From assembly GCA_963716255.1 (NCBI GenBank), contig OY970303.1, forward strand, positions 5,088,001 to 5,152,000: a DNA stretch of 64,000 nucleotides, written 5' to 3'. This DNA is from an uncultured Gemmatimonadales bacterium. GTDB lineage: Bacteria; Gemmatimonadota; Gemmatimonadetes; Longimicrobiales; Longimicrobiaceae. Under the pieces are notes generated by a model. The model saw only the letters and a list, made by a program, of their open reading frames with translations. It searched no databases and had not been told where the DNA came from. The translations under genes were made by a program, and so were the position numbers. Positions 18,351 to 28,710 of this stretch are shown piece by piece (the stretch's first letter is position 1; each line of letters opens with the position of its first letter).

Positions 18351-20041
18351 CGCTCGCCGGCGCCGCCCGACGCGCGCGCCGCCGGTGCGGCCACGGCGGC
18401 CGGAGCGGCCGCGCTGTCCGGGCGGACGCACGGAGCCGCGGAGTAGCGCACGCTCCACCGCGCGCCCGCGGAGTCCACGGCGACGCGCCCTCCCGGCACG
18501 GACAGCGCATCCGCCCGTGTGCGCTCCGCCACGCGCGCCAGCGCCGTGTCGCCCGCGATCGCGGGCCGGCCGGGGACGGCCACGCAGGCGTACAGGCGGT
18601 CCGTGGTCCGCACCGCGTCCACCGCGCCCAGGAACGCCGGAAGCCACTCCGCCCCGCGTCCCGCCGGCGCGCCGGCGGGCTCGCGGGGATACGCGCGCGT
18701 CCGCACGTCCACACCGGTCCCGATCCGCTCCGACACCGCGCGGCCGAGCAGCGCGTCCGCGGCCGCTCCGCCGGGCTCGCCCAGGTACTCGACCAAGACC
18801 CGCGGCGCGGCGGAGTCCGGCACCTCCAGCCTCCACCCCAGGAGCGGGCCCATCTGCCCCTCCGGCCAGGCGCCCCGGACCGCCGCGCCGACCCGCTGCC
18901 GGAGGTCGCCCACGTCGATCCCCACCGGCTCCGGCGCGGCCGTCTCCGCCGCCGAAGCGGCCTGGCGCAGGGCGCCCACGTCCGGCACCGCGATCACCCG
19001 GACGGTGGGAGCCACCCCGGTGCGCACCGTGATCCGGGTAGCCAGCTCTTCCTCCAGCGCGGAGGCCTCGTCGGCCGAGCCCACCAGGTAGAGGCGGGCG
19101 GAGACCGCGCCCGGCGACACCGTCACCTGCGACTGCACCGCGCTGCGCGACTCCAGCGCCCCGTCCAGGATCCTCGCCACCGCGGTGCGGGCGCGGACCT
19201 CCCACGCCACCTGCTCCAGGGCGCGCCGCAGGGGGACGAACACCGCCACCACCAGCACGAGCGGCAGCCCCACCCGGAGCACCCGTCCGTACCGCGTGCC
19301 GAACACGGCGCGCAGGCCCTGCACCGCGCGGCGGACGAACCCGTCCGGCCTCGCCCTTCCCAGGGCCGTCTCCTCCCAGTCCCGCTGGTCCACCCGATCG
19401 AAGCCGAGGGTCCAGAAGAACACGACCGAGACCAGGAGGATCGCGGTGAGGTTGGTCAGGAACAGGAGCGTGGCGCCCCCGGCGATCGCGGCGTCCCGCA
19501 CGCCCAGTCCGAAGCCCGCCACGCAGATGGGGGGAACGAGCGCGATCCCGATGGCGGTGCCGGCCGCCGCGCTGGTCGACTCCGAGCCCGGCCGCGCCGT
19601 GGTGAACGCCGCGGCGACCGCGACGAAGACCGCCAGCAGCAGGTCCAGGGCGGTGGGCGAGGTCCGGGACGCGATCTCCGCCGTGACCTCCTGGAACGGC
19701 AGCAGGACCGTGAGCAGCGCCGCCCCGCCCACCACCGCCAGCACGCTCCCGACCATGCGCGCGAAGGAGCGGAGGGTGAGCACGGCGGAGCCCACCACCA
19801 GCCCCATGCCGAGCTCCACGATGGGGCCCATCAGCGGAGCGATGAGCATCGCCCCGATCACCACGGCCGTGCTGCCGAGCACCAGCCCGACGGTGGCGAT
19901 GGCCATGGACAGGAGGAGCTGGAGCCAGTAGCTCACCGCGTCCCGCCGGCGGCGGTTGAACATCGCCTCCACCACGCCCCGCCGGTCCGCCGCGGTCAGG
20001 TCCAGCGCGCGGAGGGCGACGGCGTGGATGCGGCGCTCCAT
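18347..20041 (-). CDS. DUF389 family membrane protein with C-terminal extension
   Basis: IATVGLVLGSTAVVIGAMLIAPLMGP, SRTSPTALDL, GTAIGIALVPP. Confidence 0.88.
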   Translation of the reverse strand: MERRIHAVALRALDLTAADRRGVVEAMFNRRRRDAVSYWLQLLLSMAIATVGLVLGSTAVVIGAMLIAPLMGPIVELGMGLVVGSAVLTLRSFARMVGSVLAVVGGAALLTVLLPFQEVTAEIASRTSPTALDLLLAVFVAVAAAFTTARPGSESTSAAAGTAIGIALVPPICVAGFGLGVRDAAIAGGATLLFLTNLTAILLVSVVFFWTLGFDRVDQRDWEETALGRARPDGFVRRAVQGLRAVFGTRYGRVLRVGLPLVLVVAVFVPLRRALEQVAWEVRARTAVARILDGALESRSAVQSQVTVSPGAVSARLYLVGSADEASALEEELATRITVRTGVAPTVRVIAVPDVGALRQAASAAETAAPEPVGIDVGDLRQRVGAAVRGAWPEGQMGPLLGWRLEVPDSAAPRVLVEYLGEPGGAAADALLGRAVSERIGTGVDVRTRAYPREPAGAPAGRGAEWLPAFLGAVDAVRTTDRLYACVAVPGRPAIAGDTALARVAERTRADALSVPGGRVAVDSAGARWSVRYSAAPCVRPDSAAAPAAVAAPAARASGGAGER

Positions 20042-20349
20042 TACGTGGCGCCTGCGCGTGGGTCGGGGTCCGGCCATGAATGCGGATCGGTCGCAGAAGA
20101 TCGAGGCGGCGCTCCCCTGGTGTGGAGCGCCGTCCAGGGGCAAGGTGAAAGTGGCACTTGCCGGCAAGCAACGGAAGTGAGGTCCACCCGCCGGCGGCTT
20201 ACCGCGTGGGTGGTTCCGAGTCGTCCTACTCGGACCTCGAAGCCCGTCTACTCCTGGCCCGGGAGAACGGGGCGGCACTCTGGGTAACCGTGGCTTGTAA
20301 GCCCGGCCACAGGTGAAATCCACTCATCGCTCTGCTGTCCCTCGGCTGG

Positions 20350-21291
20350 TCAGAAGGCCGCGCGCTCCAGGTTCAGACGAATGAGGTGCTCCGCCAGCGC
20401 ACGGGTAGACTCGGGGGAGATGGAGGGGTAGCGCGGGAGCAGGAGCGGGAGTTCGAGGTCGGGGAGCAGCCGGCGCGCCGACCGGGTCGCCAGCACCGGC
20501 TCGAACCGGTCCAGCATGGCGATGGCGGCAGCATCGTCGGCCGGCACCACGCGGATGCCGCCCGCCCCGCCGGCCCGCCCATAGAGCGCGCGGAAGCGCT
20601 CCCCGTAGCGCGGGTCCGCCACGATTGCGGTGAGTCCCCCCGCCCTCGCCCGCCGCTCGATGATCCCCGCCATCTCCGGGTGGACGGTGACGACCACCGA
20701 CGGCTTCCCCAGCGCTTCCGCCAGCAACGCCGCCTCGCGCGCGTGGAACGGCGTGGTCACCACCAGGTCCGCGTCGCGCAGCTCCCCCGGGAGTGCCGCC
20801 GGGTCCAGCTTCTGTCCCACGCCGAGCCCCGGGAGGTCGTCGACCCACACCGGAAAGGTGTCCATCCCGCACTCGTCGTCCAGCTCCCGGCAGAGCGCGT
20901 CGCCGGAGTCCAGGTTCGATTCCAGGCACGCGCAGCGCGGCCGCACGCTCGCCGTGCAGCGGCAGATGAACTCGGGCAGGTGCGGAATGGCGATCCGCCG
21001 CTTGTACCCCTCCGCCAGCACTCCCGCCAGCCACGCCGCTGTCTCCTCCACCACGCCCCCGCCGATGCGGTCCTGCCGCGCCAGGTACACGCCGGCGCGG
21101 CCCCGCACCTCCAGTAGCCGCTCGGCTTCCAGCGCGTGGTACGCGCGGGCGACGGCCCGGTGGTCCGTGTTCAGCTCGCGCGCGAGCTCGCGGACCGGCG
21201 GGAGCCGGTCGCCCGCGCGCAGGTGGCCCAGGTGGAGCTCGCCGATGATGCGGCTCCGGATGCGGTCTACGAGCGCTGCGTTGATCGGCAT
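20350..21291 (-). CDS. GntR family transcriptional regulator
   Basis: Winged HTH LRAGDRLPPVRELARELNTDHRAVARAYHALEAERLLEVRGRAGVY. Confidence 0.9.
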   Translation of the reverse strand: MPINAALVDRIRSRIIGELHLGHLRAGDRLPPVRELARELNTDHRAVARAYHALEAERLLEVRGRAGVYLARQDRIGGGVVEETAAWLAGVLAEGYKRRIAIPHLPEFICRCTASVRPRCACLESNLDSGDALCRELDDECGMDTFPVWVDDLPGLGVGQKLDPAALPGELRDADLVVTTPFHAREAALLAEALGKPSVVVTVHPEMAGIIERRARAGGLTAIVADPRYGERFRALYGRAGGAGGIRVVPADDAAAIAMLDRFEPVLATRSARRLLPDLELPLLLPRYPSISPESTRALAEHLIRLNLERAAF

Positions 21292-21365
21292 CTCAGCAGG
21301 GGGAAAGGCGTGGAGCTGGAGCCCGCACGGGTCCACCCAGGCGGACCGGCGGTCTCGCAGGGGCG

Positions 21366-21530
21366 TGATACTGGATATGTATCAGTCTGGACCGTACAGA
21401 GCAATGCTCAGGGAGACTTCCCCACGGGCAGAAAGGGTGAGTTGCAGACCAGTGAGTCGTGATCGCCGGCTCTCTGCCCGGAAATTCAGCCGAATCGTGG
21501 AGCTTAGATGCTGATACAGAACGTGTATCA
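21366..21530. promoter_or_regulatory. Two TGATAC-N7-GTATCA palindromic operators in the divergent intergenic region
   Basis: TGATACtggatatGTATCA (21366-21384) and TGATACagaacgtGTATCA (21512-21530). Confidence 0.7.
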
Positions 21531-21581
21531 CGGAACGCGATTTGCACGGCTTCCAGGTCCATTCAAACGGAGTTGGCTTTC

Positions 21582-21842
21582 ATGTATGAGACCGAGCTGC
21601 CGCCCGCCGATCCGGACCACGACGCCCGGAACGCCCGGATCTGGATCCTCCGTCACGCCGGTATCCGGGCAGCCGCCGCGCCGGGGCAGAAGCGTATGCT
21701 GCATGCCGCGGAGCGGTCGTCCACCTGGAGGTGCCGCGCCTGCGGGACCGAGCGGCACTTCGCGGAGGCGGTGCCGGAAGCGGCGGCGTCGCCCTGCACC
21801 GCGTGCGGAGGGACCGCCCTGCGCGCCGACGCGGAACGATGA
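21582..21842 (+). CDS. Small zinc-ribbon-like protein
   Basis: 86 aa, WRCRACG...PCTACGG (two CxxC). Confidence 0.65.
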   Translation: MYETELPPADPDHDARNARIWILRHAGIRAAAAPGQKRMLHAAERSSTWRCRACGTERHFAEAVPEAAASPCTACGGTALRADAER

Positions 21843-21858
21843 GCGCGGCTTCCTCCAG

Positions 21859-23331
21859 TTGAGCGAACCCATCGTGGAGCGCACGCGTCCTCGCCTGCTT
21901 CGGTTCGACGGGCCGGTGTGGGTCGGCCGGCTGGCGCTGGGCTTCGTCATGATCGCGCTCGCCGCGCTCTTCGTCGCGCCGCTGGCCGTGCAGAACCGCA
22001 TCGCGCCGCTGCGCGAGGACGCGGAGCGGGCCGACCAGGCGCGCACGCTGGTGGCGCGGGTGCAGTTCGCGCTTGCGCAGCAGATGTCCGCCCTCCGCGG
22101 CGCCCTGCTCACCCCGGACCCGCGCTACCCCGGCCTGTACGCCGAGGGACTGGCGCTGGAGCGCTCGGCATACGCGCCGCTGGACTCCCTGGCCGGCCCG
22201 CTCCCGGAACCGGTCCGGTCCGCGCTGGGCCGCCTGCGGGCGGCCTCCGACCAGTGGCACGGCCGGCTCGACGAGCAGCTGGTCCTTCGCCGCGAGCCGG
22301 CGGCGCGCGGCGAGCTGCTCGGCCGCGACCTGGAGCTCTACGAGAGCGCGCTGCGCGCCGCGCGCGACCTGGATCGTGCCGTCACCTTCGTCGCGCGCGA
22401 GCGGAGGGCCGAGATCCGCCGGGCAGAGGCGCGGGAGGACCTGGTCACGCGCGCCCTGGGGCTGGCGGCCCTGGTCGCCGCGCTCGCGGTGGGATGGGTC
22501 GGGCACCGCATGCGGATGCTCGCCCGCGAGGCGGCGGCGCGCGGCGAGGAGGCGGAGCGGGCGCTGGAGGAGGCGCAGCGCGCCTCCGACGCCCGGGAGC
22601 GGCTGATGCGCGGCGTCACGCACGACCTCAAGAACCCGCTCGGCGCGGCCGACGGCTACGGGCAGCTGCTGGAGATGGGGCAGGAGGGGGAGCTGCGGCC
22701 CGGGCAGCTCCGGATGGTGGAGGGGATGCGCCGCTGCATCGGCACCGCGCTCGGGCTGATCGCCGACCTCCTCGACTTCACGCGCGCCGAGGCCGGGATG
22801 CTGGAGGTGGTGCACGAGTTCACGGACTGCAAGGCGATCGTCCGGGAGGCCGACGAGCAGTACAGGGGCTCCGCCCGCGCCGCGGGCCACGAGATCGAGC
22901 TCCGCCTTCCCGACGGTCCCCTCCCCGCGCTCACCGACCACGCGCGGGTGCTGCGCATCGTCGGCAACCTGGTCTCCAACGCCATCAAGTACACGCCCCC
23001 GCCGGGGCGCGTGGTGCTGGAAGCGCAGGCTGTGGAGGGCTCGCCCGCCTCGCGGGAGGGGCGCTGGATCGAGTTCCGCGTCTGCGACACCGGTCCCGGG
23101 ATCCCCGAGGCCGAGCGAGAGCGGATCTTCGACGAGTTCCACCGGCTCCACAACGCCCAGACGGAGGGCCACGGTTTGGGGCTGGCCACCAGCCGTCGGA
23201 TCGCGCTCGCGCTCGGCGGCGACATCACGGTGGCAGACGCGGAAACCGGGGGGGCAGCCTTCAGTCTCTGGCTCCCCGCCCGCAGGCCGGACGCCGGGCA
23301 GCCCGCCCCCGTCGGCGGCGAGGGCCCGTGA
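21859..23331 (+). CDS. Membrane sensor histidine kinase, paralog of 8196..9731 (start approximate)
   Basis: VTHDLKNPL, NLVSNAIKY, DTGPGI, GHGLGLA; shares QFALAxxMSALRG sensor motif with 8196..9731. Confidence 0.9.
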   Translation: MSEPIVERTRPRLLRFDGPVWVGRLALGFVMIALAALFVAPLAVQNRIAPLREDAERADQARTLVARVQFALAQQMSALRGALLTPDPRYPGLYAEGLALERSAYAPLDSLAGPLPEPVRSALGRLRAASDQWHGRLDEQLVLRREPAARGELLGRDLELYESALRAARDLDRAVTFVARERRAEIRRAEAREDLVTRALGLAALVAALAVGWVGHRMRMLAREAAARGEEAERALEEAQRASDARERLMRGVTHDLKNPLGAADGYGQLLEMGQEGELRPGQLRMVEGMRRCIGTALGLIADLLDFTRAEAGMLEVVHEFTDCKAIVREADEQYRGSARAAGHEIELRLPDGPLPALTDHARVLRIVGNLVSNAIKYTPPPGRVVLEAQAVEGSPASREGRWIEFRVCDTGPGIPEAERERIFDEFHRLHNAQTEGHGLGLATSRRIALALGGDITVADAETGGAAFSLWLPARRPDAGQPAPVGGEGP

Positions 23332-23359
23332 CGCGCGGCGCCGGAGGACCCCGGCGGGG

Positions 23360-24334
23360 CTACGCCGGGACGGCGGACGAGGGGACGTCGTCCGTCGCTG
23401 CGCTGGGGACCACCAGGGCGTCGCACGGCGATCCGCGCAGCACCGCCTCCGCGACGCTCCCCAGCAGCAGCCGGTGCAGTCCCGAGCGCCCGTGGGTCCC
23501 GAGCACCACCAGGTCGGCCCCCCATGCGGCGGCCTCCGCGACGATCTCCCCGGCCGGGTCGCCCACGCGGACCGCGTCCTCCACTGCCAGCCCCGGCGGC
23601 GTGTGCGCGGCGACGAATTCCCGCAGCCGGGGCGCGGCCGACTCCGCGAGCGACGCGCCGGCCTCGGGCACGTGGTGCGGGACCCCGACGGGGAGCGGTG
23701 GGACCATCGCGGGGCCCGGACGCACCACCAGCACGCAGCGCAGGGCCGCCGTGTCGCCCGCGCAAAGGTCCATGGCGACCCGCAGCCCGGCCTCGTACGC
23801 CCGGGCGCTGGCCTCCGACAGGTCGGCGGCGAGGAGCATGCGGGCGCCGGGGAGCGGCCGGCGCGCGTCCGGCACCACCAGCACGGGGACCACGGCCTGC
23901 CGCAGGACACGTCCGGCCGTGGTGCCGAGGAACCGCTGGCCCAGCGAGCCATGGTGGGAGGCGCCCACCACCAGCAGGTCGGCGCCGACCTCCTCGCCCA
24001 CCCAGCAGAGCGATTCGGCCGGGGACCCCGCCACCACGCGGCAGGTGGTGGACCCCGCCGGCCGCACCCGCGCGACCGTGGACCGCAGCCGCTCCAGCAG
24101 CCGCTCGCGGAGCTCCTCCTGGCCCTCGGGGTCCGGGATTGGAGCGGTGCCCGTGGGGTCGAGCGACGGCATGGCGGCGTACCCGATCAGGGGTTCCTCC
24201 TCGAAGACATGGACGACGTGGAGGTCGGCACCGGTCCGGTCCGCGACGCGGGAGGCGCGCACGAGGGCTGGGTCGGCCGCGGAGCCGGGGTCGGCGACCC
24301 CCGCGACGAGGGTGCGCAGATGCTGGGGGATCAT
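23360..24334 (-). CDS. Tandem-domain universal stress protein
   Basis: Two USP units: DLLVVGASHHG...GTTAGRVLR and DLVVLGTHGRSG...GSVAEAVLR; GGAGG RBS. Confidence 0.9.
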   Translation of the reverse strand: MIPQHLRTLVAGVADPGSAADPALVRASRVADRTGADLHVVHVFEEEPLIGYAAMPSLDPTGTAPIPDPEGQEELRERLLERLRSTVARVRPAGSTTCRVVAGSPAESLCWVGEEVGADLLVVGASHHGSLGQRFLGTTAGRVLRQAVVPVLVVPDARRPLPGARMLLAADLSEASARAYEAGLRVAMDLCAGDTAALRCVLVVRPGPAMVPPLPVGVPHHVPEAGASLAESAAPRLREFVAAHTPPGLAVEDAVRVGDPAGEIVAEAAAWGADLVVLGTHGRSGLHRLLLGSVAEAVLRGSPCDALVVPSAATDDVPSSAVPA

Positions 24335-24456
24335 AGCGGAGGTGCCGGTTCGGGGCGAAGGGGGACGGGCTGCGGGGGCCACGGTGTGGAGGTGGCCCGC
24401 TCCCGACCTTCGGGGACGAGCAGGATCGCGAGCGCGGCAGTAGGGCCGCGAAACCG

Positions 24457-25794
24457 ATGCCAGGAGGATGGGCGTTGAAGGCACGACTGACCCATGGGTG
24501 GGAGGCGCTGCGGTCGAGCTACTGGTTCGTTCCCGCGCTGATGGCGCTCGGCGCGGGGGCGCTGGCGTTCGGGATGGTGGCGCTGGACGGCAGGGTCGGG
24601 TCGGAGGCGGTGGAGAGCCTGGGGTGGATCTACACGGGCGGGCCGGAGGGCGCGCGCGGGGTGCTCTCCACCATCGCGGGCTCCATGATCACCGTGGCGG
24701 GCGTCACCTTCTCGGTGCTGGTGGTGGCGCTCTCGCTCGCGGCGTCGCAGTTCGGGCCGCGGGTGCTGGGGAGCTTCATGCGAGACGCCGGGAACCAGTT
24801 CGTCCTGGGGGCGTTCGTCGGCACTTTCCTGTACTGCCTGCTGGTCCTGCGCACCGTGCGCGGGGGCGAGGAGGCGGGCCGCTTCGTGCCGCACCTGGCC
24901 GTCACCCTCGGGGTGGCGATGGCCGTGCTGGGGGTGGGCGTGCTGATCTACTTCGTCCATCACGCCGCGGTCTCCATCCAGGTCACGTCCGTGATCGCCG
25001 CCCTCGCCGAGGACCTGGACGCCGGGGTGGAGCGGCTCTTCCCGGGGGAAGCGGAGGCCGTCGCTCCTGCGGGGGCCATGCCCGCACCGTCTGCCAGCGT
25101 CGACGCGCGGCGCGACGGCTACGTGCAGGCGATCGACTTCAGCCGCCTCGTGGAGCTGGCCGGAGGCTGCTCCGCGACCCTGCGCCTGGAGCCGCGCATC
25201 GGAAGTTTCGTCGCCCGCGGCGACACGCTGGCGTGGGTCCACCCGCCCGGCGCCGCCTCGGAGCTGGGGGACGATGTCCGCGGCGCGTTCGTGCTTGGAT
25301 CGCGCCGCACGCCGTCGCAGGACGTGGAATTCTCCGTGCAGCAGCTCGTCGACGTGGCGGTGCGCGCCCTCTCCCCCGGCATCAACGACCCGTTCACCGC
25401 GGCGGCGTGCGTGGACCGCCTGGGCGCGGCGCTCGCGCGGGTGGCGGAGCGGCCGGACGCGCGCGGCGTTCACCGGGACGGCCGGGACACGGTGCGGGTG
25501 CTGGCGGATCCCGTGGGCTTCGAGGGTCTGGCGGAGGCCGCGTTCTCCCCCATCCGGCAGTACGCGGGAGGGAGCGAGGTGGTCCTCCTCCGTCTGCTGG
25601 ACGCGCTGGCGCGCATCGCCCGGCACGTCCGCGGCGAGGACCGGCGCGAGTCCGTCCGCGACCACGCGGCTCGCGTGCTCGCCACGGCCGGGCGGCACCT
25701 GGAGCACGCCGCCGACCGCGCGGCGGTGGCGGAGAGGCACCGGACGGTGGAGAAAGCGCTGCGTCGGAGCGGCGATCCCGCACGCGAGAGCTAG
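24457..25794 (+). CDS. DUF2254 family membrane protein
   Basis: SSYWFVP, LSTIAGSMITVAGVTFS, ASQFGPR, RALSPGINDPFTA. Confidence 0.92.
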   Translation: MPGGWALKARLTHGWEALRSSYWFVPALMALGAGALAFGMVALDGRVGSEAVESLGWIYTGGPEGARGVLSTIAGSMITVAGVTFSVLVVALSLAASQFGPRVLGSFMRDAGNQFVLGAFVGTFLYCLLVLRTVRGGEEAGRFVPHLAVTLGVAMAVLGVGVLIYFVHHAAVSIQVTSVIAALAEDLDAGVERLFPGEAEAVAPAGAMPAPSASVDARRDGYVQAIDFSRLVELAGGCSATLRLEPRIGSFVARGDTLAWVHPPGAASELGDDVRGAFVLGSRRTPSQDVEFSVQQLVDVAVRALSPGINDPFTAAACVDRLGAALARVAERPDARGVHRDGRDTVRVLADPVGFEGLAEAAFSPIRQYAGGSEVVLLRLLDALARIARHVRGEDRRESVRDHAARVLATAGRHLEHAADRAAVAERHRTVEKALRRSGDPARES

Positions 25795-25838
25795 GAAGCT
25801 CGCGCGGACGGAGACCCGAGGACACTGGAGGTGGCCGC

Positions 25839-26825
25839 TTGGAGGAATTCGTCAGGCTGGTCGGACCGAGCCGGGCCGTGGAGATCTTCGGGGTCCGGCT
25901 CGTCGGGGTGAACGCGGAGAACGGCACGAAGCTCCTGCTCACCCTGGTCTTCATCGCAGCCACCATCCTGCTCGCGCGCACGGTGCGCGGGCTGGGGAGC
26001 TGGGTCCTGGGCGGGCGCCGGGACCGGCGGGCCGCCTTCTGGTTCCGGCAGGCGGTCAACCTGGGCACCGCGGTGGTGCTGGTGCTCGGCTTCGTGTCGA
26101 TCTGGTTCGACGACCCCACCCGGCTGGCGACGGCGCTCGGCCTGGTGACGGCCGGCCTCGCCTTCGCGCTCCGGACGGTCATCACCGCGCTCGCAGGCTA
26201 CTTCGTCATCCTGCGCGGGCAGACGTTCAATGTCGGCGACCGCATCTCCATGGGCGGGGTCCGCGGCGACGTGATCGCGCTGGGCTTCCTCCAAACCACC
26301 ATCATGGAGATGGGCCAGCCCCCCGCCGTGCAGGAGGCGGACCCGGCGATGTGGGTCCGGAGCCGCCAGTACACCGGCCGCGTCGTCACCGTGAGCAACG
26401 CCCGCATCTTCGACGAGCCGGTCTACAACTACAGCCGGGAGCTCCCGTACCTGTGGGAGGAGATGGCGCTGCCGGTCCCCTACGCCGCCGACCGCGCGCG
26501 GGCCGAGCGCGTCCTGCTGGAGGCCGCGGAGCGCCACACCGTGCCGATCGGCGAGGTGAGCCGGGAAGCCCTCCAGGAGATGCAGCGCCGCTACGCCATG
26601 AGCCCCGCGGACACGAAGCCGCGGGTGTACTGCCGCCTGACCGACAACTGGCTGGAGATGACGGTGCGGTTCGTCGTCCCCGACCACGGGATCCGCGAGG
26701 TCAAGGACGCCATGACCCGGGAGATCCTCCAGGGGCTGGACGAAGCCGGGATCGGCGTCGCCTCGGCGACGCTCGAGGTCGTGCGCCTCCCGCCGCTCCG
26801 CCTCCACGACGAGAGGGACCGATGA
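25839..26825 (+). CDS. Small-conductance mechanosensitive channel (MscS family)
   Basis: TTG start with GGAGG; FNVGDRISMGGVRGDVI, QYTGRVVTVSNARIF. Confidence 0.9.
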   Translation: MEEFVRLVGPSRAVEIFGVRLVGVNAENGTKLLLTLVFIAATILLARTVRGLGSWVLGGRRDRRAAFWFRQAVNLGTAVVLVLGFVSIWFDDPTRLATALGLVTAGLAFALRTVITALAGYFVILRGQTFNVGDRISMGGVRGDVIALGFLQTTIMEMGQPPAVQEADPAMWVRSRQYTGRVVTVSNARIFDEPVYNYSRELPYLWEEMALPVPYAADRARAERVLLEAAERHTVPIGEVSREALQEMQRRYAMSPADTKPRVYCRLTDNWLEMTVRFVVPDHGIREVKDAMTREILQGLDEAGIGVASATLEVVRLPPLRLHDERDR

Positions 26826-27161
26826 CCGGAGCGGGTGCCGGAGCCGCCTGCCGGGGGGGCGGAACCTGCACTGCCGCCCGATCCAGGCTCCACCCATTCC
26901 GTTCCCGTGTCGAGGCCCACCACTCCCTGACGCGCCTGGCTGCTCCAGCGGTGCGGGCGTTGCGTCGAGGGCTACCCCCCGTGGTGCCGGGGGGTTCACC
27001 AGAGTGCCGCCACGTCCCCCCGGGCCGGGTGTAGATGCAGGTCCCGGGGTGCATGCCGTGTACGGCGCGTACCGCTGGAATCTCGTGCGGTGACGTGCGA
27101 GCGCACGCCGTCCCCGTTCCCTCGCGGGAGGCGACGCACGCCGGACGTCGCCTCCCCCTAT

Positions 27162-27350
27162 CAGGTTGCTGAAAAAGTCTAGTGTTCCCGGCCACCGGTC
27201 CGGAGGACAAACAGTGGGTTGAAATCTTCAGTTGCCCAGGACGGTCGTACGCCACTCCCGCCACCTTCGACACAAAAAGCTGAAGATTCTAAACCGCCTC
27301 ACTCGGAAACAGATGGCTCATTTCGTAGCGGCGACTTTTTCAGCAACCTG
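27162..27350. mobile_element. 189-bp MITE, IS5/IS1182-like ends
   Basis: Perfect 18-bp TIRs CAGGTTGCTGAAAAAGTC / GACTTTTTCAGCAACCTG; 4-bp direct repeat CTAT on both sides; lower-GC interior, no transposase. Confidence 0.88.
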
Positions 27351-27352
27351 CT

Positions 27353-27530
27353 ATGCCGTCACCCACTTTCGGAACCCCGAGCGATACGATGCAAGCCGAC
27401 AGCGCCGCACCCCTGCTCCCCGCCACCGCGATCCAGAGGATCCTGGCTCCGGTCTCCGCCTTCATCCGGACCGAGTCGGCCGGCGGCCTGGTGCTCATGG
27501 CGGCGGCCGCGGGTGCGAAGAACCGCTCCC
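27353..27530 (+). pseudogene. nhaA: N-terminal fragment of the Na+/H+ antiporter NhaA
   Basis: IQRILAPVSAFIRTESAGGLVLMAAA, after which similarity is lost. Confidence 0.65.
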
Positions 27531-27689
27531 TGAGCGGGGCGAAGCCGCTGTCGCGGGAGACGGAAGGTAGTACTTGGAGAGCGCTTCGACGGGTGCGGCC
27601 GGGTCCTCCACCGGAGCGGGCGCTTGGACCTGATCCCGAGGTGCTGAGTACCTGGCGGACGCGGAGGCGGGCGGCCTGACCCTGGGCGG

Positions 27690-28208
27690 CTACGGCGCGG
27701 CGCGGACCTCGATCCTCACTACGCCGCGCACCGAGCGCACCGGGCGGAGGGGACCGTCGGCCGCGGCGAGCGGCGAGCCGTCGGCGCGGTCCGCGAGCAC
27801 GACGGGCCCGCCCGTCGCGGCGGGCACGGTGGCTGGGTCCAGCTCCGCGAGCGACATAACGGCACGGTAGCCGTCGCCCGCGGTCACCACGACGTACCGG
27901 GCGAGCGCGGGCCCGCGCAGGTTCCCCCACGCCCCCGCCGTGCCGTCCGCCGCGCTTCCGGCGGGCAACGCCCCCGCGCTCCTGAGCAGCTCCGCGAGCG
28001 CCACTCCCTCGAAGAGATGCACCGTGCCGTGCTGCGTAGCCGTGACGGCGGCGCGCGGGAGGCGGGCCACCTCCGCGAGCGTGAAGACCCGGCTGGTTCC
28101 GTCGGCGACCACGACGACGCTGGCGCCGGCGGGCGCCTGGCCGGTAAGCCGGCCGGCTCCGAACAGGGCGGCGGCGAGGGCGAGCAGGAAGACGGGGCGG
28201 ATGGGCAT
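27690..28208 (-). CDS. Secreted molybdopterin-oxidoreductase-like (Oxidored_molyb fold) protein, possibly with a small C-terminal deletion
   Basis: Signal peptide; FEGVALAELL, YVVVTAGDGYRAVMSLAELDP, DGSPL..DGPLR. Confidence 0.65.
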   Translation of the reverse strand: MPIRPVFLLALAAALFGAGRLTGQAPAGASVVVVADGTSRVFTLAEVARLPRAAVTATQHGTVHLFEGVALAELLRSAGALPAGSAADGTAGAWGNLRGPALARYVVVTAGDGYRAVMSLAELDPATVPAATGGPVVLADRADGSPLAAADGPLRPVRSVRGVVRIEVRAAP

Positions 28209-28233
28209 GGAGCACGAGGATGGAGGTGGGGAG

Positions 28234-28710
28234 ATGCGTGGACTGCTCCCCTTCCTTTCCTTCCTCTGCTTCAACTTCTTCTTCCTCCCGCCGTACGGCA
28301 CCTTCGTCGTCCACGACCCGCTCGACTGGCTGGTCCTCTTCACCTTCCTGGTGGTGGCCGGCGTCGCCACCCATCTCCTCTACCGCACCCGCAGCGAGGC
28401 CGAGGAGGCGAGGCGGCGCGCGGGCGAGATCGAGCGGCTATCCACGCTCGGGGCGGAAACGCTGAACGCGGCCCGGGCGGAAGACGCGATCCACGCCGTA
28501 GCCGAGGTGATCCGGAGCACTCTGGGGATGGACGCGTGCGAGATCTGCCGGACGGCGACCGCAGTGTGAGGCTGGGGGCGCGCGTGTGGAGCGCCACCTC
28601 CGCGGGCGACGACGACGGCACGCAGGCGGCGGCAAGGTCCGTCGACCGGGGGGCCGGGATCGTGGAGCTGCTGGACGGGACTACGCGCGTTCTAGCCCAC
28701 GGCGAGGCGG
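28234..28710 (+). pseudogene. KdpD-like (DUF4118) sensor kinase internal fragment
   Basis: FLCFNFFFLPPYGTFVVHDPLDWLVLFTFLVVA followed by the start of a GAF domain; no N-terminus or kinase core. Confidence 0.75.
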
